Shown here: piece by piece, positions 9,484 through 20,046 of the stretch | Numbering within the stretch: the first letter of the stretch is position 1 | Layout: every line of letters starts with the position of its first letter | Origin: Staphylococcus phage pSco-10 | Strand: one strand, 5' to 3' | DNA length: 64,000 nucleotides | Sequence record: KX011028.1 | Position numbers and translations under genes: made by a program | The notes under the pieces: generated by a model | Database searches by the model: none | The model's input: the letters and a program-made list of their open reading frames with translations, nothing else | What the model was told of the DNA's origin: nothing

Positions 9484-10551
9484 CTAAAGTTTAAGTTTTT
9501 GTTGTATTTTGTAACTTTGTATACTTTCAGGTGTTACTAGTACTCGATTCTGTTTTAGTAACTCAAAAGCTTTCCTTGTTCCCATATCATTTGCATCCTC
9601 GTCACCATGAGGTACAAAGTAAACTTTATTAAAGTGTGTTTTTAGCTTATAGGCTAAATCTATATTATTATCTAATGCATCAGTATCTAACATAATATAT
9701 ATTGATGTGTCTACACTAACATAATCAATTATTTTTTTTATTTGATTTTCTGTTACTTGTTTACCTAGTGTTGCTACCCCATATTCATGAAAAGTTAAAG
9801 CATCAAATACACCTTCAGTTATAACTAAGAATTTTTTCTTTCTTGCTATATTTAAATTAAATACGACATCTTTTCTTCCTACTTCATCTTGTTTAGCAGG
9901 AGCATTAATAGATTTAATATAAGGGTTTTTCTCTATACTTCGTGTGTTCCAATACTGATAGTTTCCATCATTATCATACGTAAAGAATATAATACTATTC
10001 CTTAATGATACTTTTGATTCCCCATCAACTTTATAGAAGCTCCCATTAATAACATAACCTATATTATTGTTAATGATTTGTTCTAAAGTTATACCTCTAC
10101 CTTTTAAGTATTTTAGAAAAGGTATAATCTCTCTATTATTTAAATTATCTTTTAATAATTTATATCCATCAGGTAATCTAGGTGGTTTAATACTAGTATT
10201 TCCTTTATCTTGGTGTACTCCTCTAAGCATTAATATAAGTTTCTCTGATTCTGTTAAATCCTTGTTATTAGTTGTAAGTAAAGGGGCTCTCTCTATATCT
10301 ATGTTCTTAGACTCTAATAAGTCAAAAGCTTGTTTACCTGTAATGTTGTAATAGGTCTTCATAAATGTAATCGGGTTACCGGATTCATCACATTTTTTAC
10401 AATGATATTGACCATTACTAGAGTCTAAAGCTTGCTTAACATAGAACTTATAACTTTTTTCTCCACAAAACGGACAACAGTATCTTAGCTCACCTATAGT
10501 ATTCTCTTTTGGTTCTCCTAATTCTTGGGTTAAAAAGTCTTCAAACCTCAT
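9484..10551 (-). CDS. DNA primase (zinc-finger plus TOPRIM)
   Basis: CCPFCGEK...HCKKCDESG zinc ribbon; TOPRIM-like VITEGVFDALTF and LDTDALDNN. Confidence 0.8.
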   Translation of the reverse strand: MRFEDFLTQELGEPKENTIGELRYCCPFCGEKSYKFYVKQALDSSNGQYHCKKCDESGNPITFMKTYYNITGKQAFDLLESKNIDIERAPLLTTNNKDLTESEKLILMLRGVHQDKGNTSIKPPRLPDGYKLLKDNLNNREIIPFLKYLKGRGITLEQIINNNIGYVINGSFYKVDGESKVSLRNSIIFFTYDNDGNYQYWNTRSIEKNPYIKSINAPAKQDEVGRKDVVFNLNIARKKKFLVITEGVFDALTFHEYGVATLGKQVTENQIKKIIDYVSVDTSIYIMLDTDALDNNIDLAYKLKTHFNKVYFVPHGDEDANDMGTRKAFELLKQNRVLVTPESIQSYKIQQKLKL

Positions 10552-10565
10552 AATATCCTTCCTTA

Positions 10566-11162
10566 CTATTTACTAATTTTTTTCATCAATAGTAACATAT
10601 TGTAAATCTGTCCTAGGTCACTATAAGTTACGTCTACAGAAAAATCACTCTCTTTAAGTGCTTCATTTAATTGTGACTCTTCTGATTTCATGTTAAAGAT
10701 TCTCAATTCTTCTTCTGTTTTACCTTCTAAGTACCTAGTAACAACAATAGTTTTAAGACTTTGGAATATAACTCCAATATCTCTGAACCCTTGTTCTACA
10801 ATGCTAGCATCATACTCTTCTGTTATAACAGGTAAACCGTATTGTTTAGCTTTCTCAATAATCTTTAAATTATCTTTACGTACTGCAGGGTTATACCAAT
10901 ACCCTATTCTACATCTATGATTATTATCTCTAATAATATCTAGGTCATTACTTTCTAAACCGTAAGACGAAGGTAAAGTAGAACGTAATCTTTTTAATTC
11001 TAAATACTCTCCATTTCTGCTTAACTTATACTCATAAGCATTACTTAAAGGATACCAATCAACTAAATTAGCTGTAGGTACATTCTCTATTGTTTTGTGC
11101 TCCTTATTACGATGAAACACATTAAGTGTTGCATTATCTTTATCTAAAATCTTTAATTTCAT
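10566..11162 (-). CDS. hypothetical protein; start is the ATG overlapping the HNH stop (TAATG)
   Basis: GGAGG lies 8 nt before the MKLKIL start; the track's 15-aa N-terminal extension overlaps the upstream gene. Confidence 0.5.
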   Translation of the reverse strand: MKLKILDKDNATLNVFHRNKEHKTIENVPTANLVDWYPLSNAYEYKLSRNGEYLELKRLRSTLPSSYGLESNDLDIIRDNNHRCRIGYWYNPAVRKDNLKIIEKAKQYGLPVITEEYDASIVEQGFRDIGVIFQSLKTIVVTRYLEGKTEEELRIFNMKSEESQLNEALKESDFSVDVTYSDLGQIYNMLLLMKKISK

Positions 11163-11743
11163 TATTTTTCCTCCAGTTTTATTTCTTCTTCTGTGGCATA
11201 ACGCCATTTATAATCTTTATGATATCCACCTCTTCTACCTGTACATTGTTGTGATATACTTTGATGTGTAAATCCACATCTATCAGCTTCCATCATAGAT
11301 TTAAAATATATCTTATCCTTACCATTTCTATGCTCTCCTATAATAGGAGTACCTCTGACATTATTTTTTATCTTAGTCTCAGATACCTTATTAATACGAC
11401 TACCGTAGGTATTATTATAGCTATGAGTACACCACTCTAAGTTATCTACTCTATTATTTTCTTTATTCTCATCTTTATGATTTATGCAAGGTAGATTATC
11501 AACATTAGGTAAAAAATGAGTAGCTACTAATTTATGAACCGTTACCGATTTTCTTTTTTTATTATCATATAAATGTACTACCATGTACCCAATACCATTA
11601 TTATTCAAAGATAAAATTTTCTCTTTCTTTTTCATCATATGGTTAGACCTTTTTATTAGCTTCTCTTTTGCCTTAACCCTACCATAATTAGAAATCATAT
11701 AATAGTTTTCATATCCTTCTATATCTTTCCATTCTTCTTTCAT
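11162..11743 (-). CDS. free-standing HNH homing endonuclease-like protein
   Basis: NUMOD4-like YMISNYGRVKA; HNH region NHKDENKENNRVDNLEWCTHSYNN; C-terminal NUMOD1-like FKSMMEADRCGFTHQSISQQCTGRR..YKWRY; its start overlaps the sbcC stop (TAATG). Confidence 0.8.
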   Translation of the reverse strand: MKEEWKDIEGYENYYMISNYGRVKAKEKLIKRSNHMMKKKEKILSLNNNGIGYMVVHLYDNKKRKSVTVHKLVATHFLPNVDNLPCINHKDENKENNRVDNLEWCTHSYNNTYGSRINKVSETKIKNNVRGTPIIGEHRNGKDKIYFKSMMEADRCGFTHQSISQQCTGRRGGYHKDYKWRYATEEEIKLEEK

Positions 11744-13662
11744 TATTTTTCCTCCAATTTTGATACTCCTTTTTCTTTTATAATTTTAATTGTCTGTTCA
11801 AATAAAGGAGCTAAACTTTGGTTATGAGTAATTACAAAGATAGTTCCTACTGTATTAAGTCTATCCTTTAATAACTTAATTACATTTTCACATCCTACAG
11901 TATCTAACCCATCAAAACATTCATCATAAAGTGCAATATTTGTAGATATCTCATCTTTACTCATAATTAAATCCTGAATTGCAAAGCTAATTGCTAGGTC
12001 AATACGTTTTTGTTCTCCTGCTGAGTTTGATTTGTATGAGCCTCCGCCCTTACTATTCTTAACAATAACATCAAACTTATCTTTTAGTTCTCCTTTAGCA
12101 TTCTTCACCTGAGTTTGGAATTCTATTTCAATATCTGAACCTGATAAAGTTTGAAGATATTCATTGGCTTTCTCATTTAAGAAAGGTGTAATAAAGTCTA
12201 ACACTACTGAACGTATACCTTTATTACTAAAAGCATCTACAGCTTGTTGATACTTACCTTTCTTACTTTCTAATTGTACTACATTTTCTTCATGTTTGTC
12301 AATAGCATTTTGTAATTCTTTTTTATCTTTTTCATGTTTTTCTTTGCTTGGCTCTTCTCGTTCTAATCCTTGAATAGATTGATGCTGATATTTCACTTTT
12401 AAATATGTTTTATTATTCTCTAATGAACTAATATCTGATTTAATCTTAGAAGACTCTTGAATGAGTCTATTAATCCTGTTGTTGTGTTCTCGTTCTTGTT
12501 GGTCTTCTTGGGACATTTTGTCTTTAATTTCTTGTGCTTTATTATTTACTTTATCAATAGCTTCTTTGTACGTATCTTTCGTTCCTAATAAACTAGTAAT
12601 CTCTTGTTTCTTACGTTCAATCTGATTATTGATATTTTCCTGCTCTTTAAGTTTATGAGAGTTATCTATAGGAGAACCACAAACAGGACAATGGTCGTTT
12701 GTATCTAACTGATTTAAGCTATTATTTAGTGTAGCTATCTCAGATTTTAGTACCTGCTCCTTAGTATTATAATCTGTATATACTTGATTTAATTCAGTTA
12801 ATTTATTAGAAAGTAAATCTAGGCTCTGAGAGGCTTTATTATAGTCCTCTGAATGCTTAAATTGTTCATTAGGTATTGTTGGTACCTGTGAAGTTAATTG
12901 CTCTATTTGAGCTTCTATTTGCTTCTCCTCTTGCTCTCTTAATCTATCTTTCTCTTTATTACTGTTTTCTATCTGAACCAATTGTTCTTTATATTGATTG
13001 TACTGTTCTACTTCCTTTTGAAAATATTCATCTTTTGTAGATAACTGATATCCTAATTTATCTATTTCTTGTCTTAGGTTATTTTGTTGTTCCTCTACTT
13101 CTTTAACTTTCTCTTTTGCTACATCTTGTGCTTGCTTATATACATCTGTTTTAGTAATGGATTCAAGAATCTCTTTCTTACCTTTATCTGTTGCTTGGGA
13201 GAACATAGGAATATCTCCTTGACCGTACATGATAGCATTAACATAAGTATTAAACTCAATCCCAAATAAATCCTGTATCTGTTTATCAGTAACATCATTT
13301 GTTGAGCCTGTAATTTCGTTACCATTAACAAATAATTTTACTTTGTTCTTATTCTCTTTATCCTTACGATAACGCTCAATTAAATAGCTATCTTCTCCAA
13401 TATCGAACTTAAGTTTAACAGATGTATTTTTCTTCTCAATATTATTTACTACATCATCTGCTTTTAACCCTTTTTCAGTTTTACCATATAAAGCATAAGT
13501 AATGGCAGATATTAAAGTTGACTTACCGGAGCCATTTGAATGGAATGACTCGTTAGATTTATTCTCACCCTCAATAAGTATTAAACCTCTATTCTCTAGC
13601 TCTAGTGTAGCTTCTTTAATTGCTAAAAAATTATTAACTTCTACTTGTTTAAATACTACCAT
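11743..13662 (-). CDS. sbcC: SbcC/Rad50-like recombination ATPase
   Basis: Walker A NGSGKSTL; long coiled coil with a CPVCGSPI zinc hook; C-terminal signature and Walker B (LALYDECFDGLD). Confidence 0.9.
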   Translation of the reverse strand: MVVFKQVEVNNFLAIKEATLELENRGLILIEGENKSNESFHSNGSGKSTLISAITYALYGKTEKGLKADDVVNNIEKKNTSVKLKFDIGEDSYLIERYRKDKENKNKVKLFVNGNEITGSTNDVTDKQIQDLFGIEFNTYVNAIMYGQGDIPMFSQATDKGKKEILESITKTDVYKQAQDVAKEKVKEVEEQQNNLRQEIDKLGYQLSTKDEYFQKEVEQYNQYKEQLVQIENSNKEKDRLREQEEKQIEAQIEQLTSQVPTIPNEQFKHSEDYNKASQSLDLLSNKLTELNQVYTDYNTKEQVLKSEIATLNNSLNQLDTNDHCPVCGSPIDNSHKLKEQENINNQIERKKQEITSLLGTKDTYKEAIDKVNNKAQEIKDKMSQEDQQEREHNNRINRLIQESSKIKSDISSLENNKTYLKVKYQHQSIQGLEREEPSKEKHEKDKKELQNAIDKHEENVVQLESKKGKYQQAVDAFSNKGIRSVVLDFITPFLNEKANEYLQTLSGSDIEIEFQTQVKNAKGELKDKFDVIVKNSKGGGSYKSNSAGEQKRIDLAISFAIQDLIMSKDEISTNIALYDECFDGLDTVGCENVIKLLKDRLNTVGTIFVITHNQSLAPLFEQTIKIIKEKGVSKLEEK

Positions 13663-14060
13663 TACTTATCTCCTTTCGTAACCCTAAAGAAACAATTATG
13701 AGAACCATAATCAATCCAATAATATTCATCATGTTCTACAATTCTATTATAGTAATGTTTTTCAAAATTACTATCTTCAAAAATCTTTTTCATTTTAGAT
13801 AAACCATCTTCTAAACCTTCAACATTACAAATGTTCTCTATTACTCCATCCGAATCTTGAAATTGTAAAATAGGTTTCTTTTTATCTAAATCTTTGTCCT
13901 CAACATTACTAATATCTAGTTTGTTAATCTTAGGTTTCATATCTTTAAACGCTTTCCATAAATCTTCTTTTACCTGTTCCCAATCTTCTGCTAAATTTTC
14001 TCCATCTGACCTGTTTAGATATTCTTTATACTTTCTCACTATAAAACCTCCTTCAAACAT
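13662..14060 (-). CDS. hypothetical protein
   Basis: 132 aa ORF between sbcD and sbcC, overlapping both. Confidence 0.45.
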   Translation of the reverse strand: MFEGGFIVRKYKEYLNRSDGENLAEDWEQVKEDLWKAFKDMKPKINKLDISNVEDKDLDKKKPILQFQDSDGVIENICNVEGLEDGLSKMKKIFEDSNFEKHYYNRIVEHDEYYWIDYGSHNCFFRVTKGDK

Positions 14061-15067
14061 TCAAGTATTTCTTGTTCTGATTCAGGTGTATATTGCTTAG
14101 CATAAGTACTAGCAATTGTTAAAGGGTCATCAGATACATCACTATCTATACGTTTCTCTACAGTATACTCTTTTTTAATCTGAACTTCAACGTTTCTATC
14201 CTTCATACTATCATCCATTTCTAGAACTTTAGCATGGTTTGAAGTACCAATAACTCTAATAAAATTATCCTCATCTACTAATTGCTCAAAGTTTTCAGGT
14301 ATATCTTCTCCCTGGATAGTAATAAATCTACGTGTATAAATTGGGATAAATTCTGTAGTCATCTTTTCTGTATCTATTAAATGTACACCATTAGCTTCTT
14401 GTTCATCAGAAAATGACTGTTGCATTAATGAACCTCCATAAAAATGGTTTGGGTTTTTGAAATATTGTCTTCTGTGGTAGTGTCCTAATAGAATGAAAGC
14501 ATAATTATCCGGTAATAAATCTTGATAACCAAATGCGCCTTCTAATCTGTGTGAACCTTTACCAGTTAACGACCCTTCTACTCCTAAGTGACCTACTAGA
14601 ATATTAACTTTCCCTAACTTATTACTACTTTTAATGTAATCTTTTATCTCTTCAGTCTCATCTCCGTAAGCACACATTGTTAATTGTACTGTATCACTTA
14701 AAGGTTCACTTCTTAGAGATTTAGTTACTTCTACGTTAGGTAACGTTTCAAATATATCTATACTTGAATCAGTATATAATGAGTTACTCACAGCATCATG
14801 ATTTCCTCTAACCATATAAACTTTAATGTCTTGGTTACTAGCAAATGTTTCAAAGACTTTATTATACACTCTAGTATCTACTGAATTACGTTTGTGAAAT
14901 AGGTCTCCTCCAAAAATAACTGTAGCTTCTTCTTCCCTAGCAATATCGAAAACTTTCTGTAATGCTTCTATCTGCTCTTTAAATCTATCATTTACATAAT
15001 CGTCATCAGGTTTTGCATAGTTTGTAAATAAGTGAAAATGACTATCAGTAAAAAATACAAACTTCAT
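14039..15067 (-). CDS. sbcD: SbcD/Mre11-like nuclease
   Basis: Calcineurin-like phosphoesterase motifs: FFTDSHFH, GGDLFH, GNHD, GHYH. Confidence 0.9.
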   Translation of the reverse strand: MKFVFFTDSHFHLFTNYAKPDDDYVNDRFKEQIEALQKVFDIAREEEATVIFGGDLFHKRNSVDTRVYNKVFETFASNQDIKVYMVRGNHDAVSNSLYTDSSIDIFETLPNVEVTKSLRSEPLSDTVQLTMCAYGDETEEIKDYIKSSNKLGKVNILVGHLGVEGSLTGKGSHRLEGAFGYQDLLPDNYAFILLGHYHRRQYFKNPNHFYGGSLMQQSFSDEQEANGVHLIDTEKMTTEFIPIYTRRFITIQGEDIPENFEQLVDEDNFIRVIGTSNHAKVLEMDDSMKDRNVEVQIKKEYTVEKRIDSDVSDDPLTIASTYAKQYTPESEQEILECLKEVL

Positions 15068-15099
15068 ATTAATCTCTCCTTTTAACTCTTTATAAAATA

Positions 15100-15128
15100 A
15101 TTATACCACCTAACATATAAAATGTCAA
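15100..15128 (-). promoter_or_regulatory. consensus sigma-A promoter (TTGACA, 17 bp spacer, TGgTATAAT)
   Basis: Perfect -35 and -10 hexamers on the minus strand, then AAAGGAGAG and the sbcD ATG. Confidence 0.55.
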
Positions 15129-15146
15129 GTGGTATATAGTAAAAAT

Positions 15147-16589
15147 TTAAATTCCAGGTAATCCTCCGAATGTGTTATTTATAGCTTCTATTTTATTATC
15201 TTTATCCTGGAATTTACTTGTATCTTCTTTTCCATTATCGGATAACAATTGAATATGTTCTTGTTTTTCTTCCGGTGTTTCATCTCTTACAATCATCTTA
15301 GTTGGTTCTACTTTAAGATTAACAAACCGTTCTCCTGTGTTAGAGCTGTTACGGATTTTATCTAAATATAATCTTAGGAAACCACTCTTGAATTCTTCAT
15401 CTTTTTGGTTTACTGCTAATGATACCTCAACAGCATTGACAATCTTACGAGAACCCTCTACATGCTCACTTGTAATGACATCTGAACCGTAAGCTCCACG
15501 GTTGGTCTGAGCTAAAGTCCAACATACAAATCCATACTGTTGTGATAATCTACGGATATCTTCAAACAGTTTACCGCCTGCATCTGACTCTGAGTGATAC
15601 TTAGCGTAAGGGTTTCTCATTAGATGAGGGTAGTCAATGATAACAACATCAATATTCTTATCTTTCTTAATTGTAGTATTAACAATAATTTGCTCTAATT
15701 GGTTTGGTGTAACTTCACCTGGCATGTGTTTAGAAATATAGAAGTCACCTAATAACTTTCTATTCTTCTGATAATGATTTTGTAAGGCACCATAAACTTT
15801 ACTATTTAAAGACATATCTTGGTTTACTAGTTGGTTTTTCTCTACACCTGCCATTTGTTGCTCTGCACGTAAAATCATTCTATCCATTTTTTCCTCTAAT
15901 GCAATATATAAAACACTTAGCCCACTCTTCACATAGTTTTTAGCTAAGTTAGAAGCCATTAATGACTTACCTCTACCAGTTGGAGCTATAATTAATCCAA
16001 CCTCTCCTCTTGCTATACCACCTTCAATGTGGCTATCAATAGAATTAAACCCTGTAGAGAATTTATTTGTAGCTAAATTACTTAATAGTTCCTGTTTCTT
16101 TTCAGTATCTTCGAAGAAATCAATAAATTCCCCGTTGCCTCCTGAAATATCACTTACCTCTATTTGTTTTAATTTATCTACAAGCTCATGTAAGTTGTCT
16201 GAGTCTTCTTGTTTATTTTCTGCAATAAACTTAACTAATACTTCCTTAGACATTTCTGTTTTAATATACTTTTCTATTTCATAGTTAACAGACTCATCTT
16301 TCTCATTAACATCTACTTTGTATAAATCTTCTAAGTAAGTTAAAGTTTTAGTTACTCTCTCTTCATCTTCCTTATTATTACCCATAAGCTGTTCTACTTT
16401 AATTGCTAATGCTTCATTTGACATCTTATCGGAAATGTGTGCTGTTCTCTTTATAGCTGTAAATAAGTAACCCATATCCTCAGACTCTGCTGAGAATAGG
16501 TTCTTAGGTAAGTTATCTAATACTTCTCTTGCAAAATGTATATCCTTCATTGATTTATGAAGAATAAGCTCCTTTATCTTTTTACTCAT
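15147..16589 (-). CDS. DnaB-family replicative helicase
   Basis: Walker A APTGRGKS; YIALEE; Walker B VVIIDYPHLM; LAQTNRG (DnaB C-terminal domain motifs). Confidence 0.8.
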   Translation of the reverse strand: MSKKIKELILHKSMKDIHFAREVLDNLPKNLFSAESEDMGYLFTAIKRTAHISDKMSNEALAIKVEQLMGNNKEDEERVTKTLTYLEDLYKVDVNEKDESVNYEIEKYIKTEMSKEVLVKFIAENKQEDSDNLHELVDKLKQIEVSDISGGNGEFIDFFEDTEKKQELLSNLATNKFSTGFNSIDSHIEGGIARGEVGLIIAPTGRGKSLMASNLAKNYVKSGLSVLYIALEEKMDRMILRAEQQMAGVEKNQLVNQDMSLNSKVYGALQNHYQKNRKLLGDFYISKHMPGEVTPNQLEQIIVNTTIKKDKNIDVVIIDYPHLMRNPYAKYHSESDAGGKLFEDIRRLSQQYGFVCWTLAQTNRGAYGSDVITSEHVEGSRKIVNAVEVSLAVNQKDEEFKSGFLRLYLDKIRNSSNTGERFVNLKVEPTKMIVRDETPEEKQEHIQLLSDNGKEDTSKFQDKDNKIEAINNTFGGLPGI

Positions 16590-18195
16590 AGTTATTAACC
16601 TCTTCCTCTACTAAATGTATAAGTTTATTATAATCCAACATACCTTCTTTTGTCAAGGGTATTTTATCAATTAAATTATATTTCTCTACAATATATTTTA
16701 CTTCTCTTAAGTTTACTTCATAGCCTAAATAATCTCCAAACATTCTTAGTATATAATAAGTAGAAGTATACTGTCTCATATAAAGGTACTCATTACCGTT
16801 CTGTTCTAGGTTTTGTATATCCATTCCACTAAGTGAATCTTTATCCACTCTACCGCCTAAGCTTAATGGTAGTAAGTCTTCTCGTTTAATACCATTATTT
16901 AATTGTTTATCATGAACAATATACTCTTTTTGCATAGTGAACATTGATAATCTTGCTGAAGGTGATATACTCGTTGGTGAATATTCATTAATTATACATT
17001 GTTTTACATATTTATTAATAATACCTCTTTCTTCCTCAGGTAAGTTCTTAACTTCCTCTTCAATCATAGAATTATATTGCAGTAATACAATATGTTTCAT
17101 ATTTCCAAATAATCCATAAGAAGCATTCTCAAGGTCTAAGGCTTGTTCAAACATTGTATCAATATCATGTAGAGTAGAATTTAACCCTGTAGTGTATAAT
17201 TGATGTAAATGTAATACAGCAGGATTCTTCACATAGTCTGAAGAATTAATAATACTATCTGTATCTCCTAGGTGTCTGTTGGTATTGTTAATACCTTTTT
17301 TTATTCCTTTAATATAATTATTATAGTTTTTAAAATACTTATCTGAACTAAAGAAGTTAGGAGAAGGTATTGGATTAGGGTGCATACCATTCTCATAATA
17401 AAATGTTACATTCTTAAACACGTTTTGCATATATTTAAATACATTAATATTTTTATCTTTTATTTTTAAATAAAAATTATAAAAGGTATTAAATGTTTTA
17501 CTACCAAAGAAATTATCACTTACACTATTTCTAGGTAAGTTCTGAATCATTTTATTTCTATAGTATTCAGACATATGTTGATGGTAGTCATACTCATCTT
17601 TAGTTGTGGCTTTACTCATTGCTTTAAGATGACTCGTATGTTTAGCATCCATATGAGAGATAGCGTATTGGTCATAAAGCTTACAAAGTATATATGCTTT
17701 ATAGAATCCTTCAGGGTCATAGGACATATTAAAAACTTCCCTAGAAGGGTAAGGAAGACCTTCTGAATGGAAATTCATATCAGATATAATCTTTCTTTTC
17801 TCATCTTTAATAGCATTATACTGAGTCATTTCTAATTTTGTACGTCTTCGTTGTTCTTTTCTCTCATATCTATATGAAGGGAAATGTTTCTCTCTAAGTT
17901 CTTTGGCATATTGTAAGTTTGAAGTGATAATGTTATCTTCAGCCTCATTAAACTCTTTTAACTCTTCAGTATTATAGTCTCTCACTAAAGTTATCACTAT
18001 ACCACCATTCTTACCTCTTTTAGACACAGTAACAATTTTATTTTCTTCTTCTAACTTTTTAAGGTTATTGGATAAAGCAGAGATGGAAACGTCTAGAGAG
18101 TCTGCTAGCTCTTTCTTAGTAGAAATATGAAATTTATTTTCTGTAGCATTTTCTTCTAGATACTGGTATAACTTTCGTTGTGTTTTTGTTGCCAT
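16582..18195 (-). CDS. putative replication initiation (Rep-like) protein with N-terminal winged helix
   Basis: 537 aa; the N-terminal 70 aa look like a helix-turn-helix/winged-helix; position between two helicase genes. Confidence 0.35.
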   Translation of the reverse strand: MATKTQRKLYQYLEENATENKFHISTKKELADSLDVSISALSNNLKKLEEENKIVTVSKRGKNGGIVITLVRDYNTEELKEFNEAEDNIITSNLQYAKELREKHFPSYRYERKEQRRRTKLEMTQYNAIKDEKRKIISDMNFHSEGLPYPSREVFNMSYDPEGFYKAYILCKLYDQYAISHMDAKHTSHLKAMSKATTKDEYDYHQHMSEYYRNKMIQNLPRNSVSDNFFGSKTFNTFYNFYLKIKDKNINVFKYMQNVFKNVTFYYENGMHPNPIPSPNFFSSDKYFKNYNNYIKGIKKGINNTNRHLGDTDSIINSSDYVKNPAVLHLHQLYTTGLNSTLHDIDTMFEQALDLENASYGLFGNMKHIVLLQYNSMIEEEVKNLPEEERGIINKYVKQCIINEYSPTSISPSARLSMFTMQKEYIVHDKQLNNGIKREDLLPLSLGGRVDKDSLSGMDIQNLEQNGNEYLYMRQYTSTYYILRMFGDYLGYEVNLREVKYIVEKYNLIDKIPLTKEGMLDYNKLIHLVEEEVNNYE

Positions 18196-18206
18196 CTCTT
18201 ACCCTC

Positions 18207-19955
18207 CTATTTTCCTAAGTCTTTTATTTCAAAATCTTCCTCTTCATAGATTTTCCTACGCTCATTAGAATGAGTATATAAAAATCTATTTGTCATATCA
18301 TTAAAATCAAATATTTGTGTTGTATTGTCATCTTTCTTCTTACGTAAAGCACGTCCGATGCGTTGTAGTGTCTGTCTTAATGATTTACCTCCTGCACCTA
18401 ATATTAGTGCATTAATACCGGATATATCTACACCCTCATCAATAAGTGATGTAGCTATCATTACTTTAAGCTTACCACTTCTCATGTCATTTAGTTTTTC
18501 TCTTCTAGTTTCAGAGTCTATTTCCCCATGTAAGAAGTAGTGTTCTACATCTAAATCATTTAACATTTCTGATATTGTATCTCCGTGTTCTATGAAGTTT
18601 ACAATGATTAGTGTTCCTTTATCTTGATTATACCACTTTTCTGTTAGTTTTGCAATAAGTTTATTCCTAAAATCATTATTTGTTATACCTTTATCATAAG
18701 CTTCCCTATAATCATCAATTCTATCTATATCATTAGGATTAGCTACTGGTATAATATTTATTGTCGGTCTAGCAGAATGACCTTCTTCAATCAAGAACTT
18801 ATTAGTAGTTCTAGCTATAACATTACCAAATAAGGCTTGTAGTCTCATCCATAGTAATTCATCTTTCTTATCTATAGAACCTGTTAGTGCAATCCTGTAC
18901 AATGCCTTTTCACATGTCATTAGGTTATTATACCATGAGTCTGATTTAGAGTGGTGTGCTTCATCAACTATCATAACAGTTACTGAATCTAGGAAGTTTC
19001 TCATATCTTGGTATTTATCATACTTCTTTTCATTCTTTTCTCTAACAACTTTTTGGAAATGAGCATTATGTTTCTTTAAGTTTAATAAGACTTCTGCATC
19101 AGTTTTACTGTTTTGGTAAATTAGCTCTAAAACATTTAGTACATTTTGCTCTACCTTTGTTTTAGGTGTTGTATTATCAAGTAATACTTTAAGTAATTTC
19201 TTTTGATTGGTACCACCTTCAAATTTAGGTAATATTTCTTGTGCAATCTTTTTACTAATATTTTGTTTAGGTGTGACTTTAACTCCTTGTGTAGGGTCTT
19301 TAAGATTTGCATTTAATGTAGGTATCATTACAACTGTAACCTGTTTAACATCAAATTTACCTGCCCCTACTTTACCAATAGGAATATTTAGTCGTTCTTT
19401 TAATCTGTCTGCAGATTGATGGAATATCTCTGTAGAGCCTGTGAAAAATGCTACTCTTTCTCCTTTTTCTAACTGAGGTAATAGTTGGTCTATAATACCA
19501 CTAGCAACTTCTGTTTTACCTCCATTAGTGGCTAAGTGGGCAATACCATTATAGAATGTTAAACTATTGTAGACAGCTTCGTATTGATAGTCTCTTAAAG
19601 TAATTTGACCAATATTATTATCGAGTAATGTTATCTCATCATCAATATCTTCTTCAGCTAAGAAACTCTCATCACGTTCATCAATTGTTTCAAACTGGAA
19701 ATTATATCTTGATTGTAACTCACCTAATAATAACTCAACTTTAAATAAAAGTCCAGTAGGAAATTTATCTTCCTCATAAACATAAAAGTCTACATACCCA
19801 TCCCAACTACCTCTTTTGTAAGCAGGGCTGTATTGAAATCCTTCTTGACGTGCTCCTATAGTCGTATGGACTCTCTTTAAAAATATATCTTTTAAGTATT
19901 TATCATCCTCCTCAAATTCGACATAGGTATATAAGTTCTTAATTCTTAATCTCAT
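18207..19955 (-). CDS. SF2 (DEAH-box) DNA helicase
   Basis: Motif I LATNGGKTEVA, motif II MIVDEAHH, motif VI QRIGRALR. Confidence 0.8.
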   Translation of the reverse strand: MRLRIKNLYTYVEFEEDDKYLKDIFLKRVHTTIGARQEGFQYSPAYKRGSWDGYVDFYVYEEDKFPTGLLFKVELLLGELQSRYNFQFETIDERDESFLAEEDIDDEITLLDNNIGQITLRDYQYEAVYNSLTFYNGIAHLATNGGKTEVASGIIDQLLPQLEKGERVAFFTGSTEIFHQSADRLKERLNIPIGKVGAGKFDVKQVTVVMIPTLNANLKDPTQGVKVTPKQNISKKIAQEILPKFEGGTNQKKLLKVLLDNTTPKTKVEQNVLNVLELIYQNSKTDAEVLLNLKKHNAHFQKVVREKNEKKYDKYQDMRNFLDSVTVMIVDEAHHSKSDSWYNNLMTCEKALYRIALTGSIDKKDELLWMRLQALFGNVIARTTNKFLIEEGHSARPTINIIPVANPNDIDRIDDYREAYDKGITNNDFRNKLIAKLTEKWYNQDKGTLIIVNFIEHGDTISEMLNDLDVEHYFLHGEIDSETRREKLNDMRSGKLKVMIATSLIDEGVDISGINALILGAGGKSLRQTLQRIGRALRKKKDDNTTQIFDFNDMTNRFLYTHSNERRKIYEEEDFEIKDLGK

Positions 19956-19986
19956 TTTAATCTCCTTATATCCTTACACGAGTTAT

Positions 19987-20015
19987 AGTATACCACAGAA
20001 TACTTATTAAGTCAA
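19987..20015 (-). promoter_or_regulatory. sigma-A-like promoter (TTGACT, 17 bp spacer, TGgTATACT)
   Basis: Immediately downstream of the terminator at 20017-20046; a Shine-Dalgarno and the helicase ATG follow. Confidence 0.5.
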
Positions 20016-20016
20016 G

Positions 20017-20046
20017 AAAAAAAGACTAGGAGTTTGTCCTAGTCTA
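20017..20046 (-). terminator. rho-independent terminator
   Basis: AGACTAGGA...TCCTAGTCT stem followed by T7 on the minus strand, after the stop at 20044. Confidence 0.55.
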
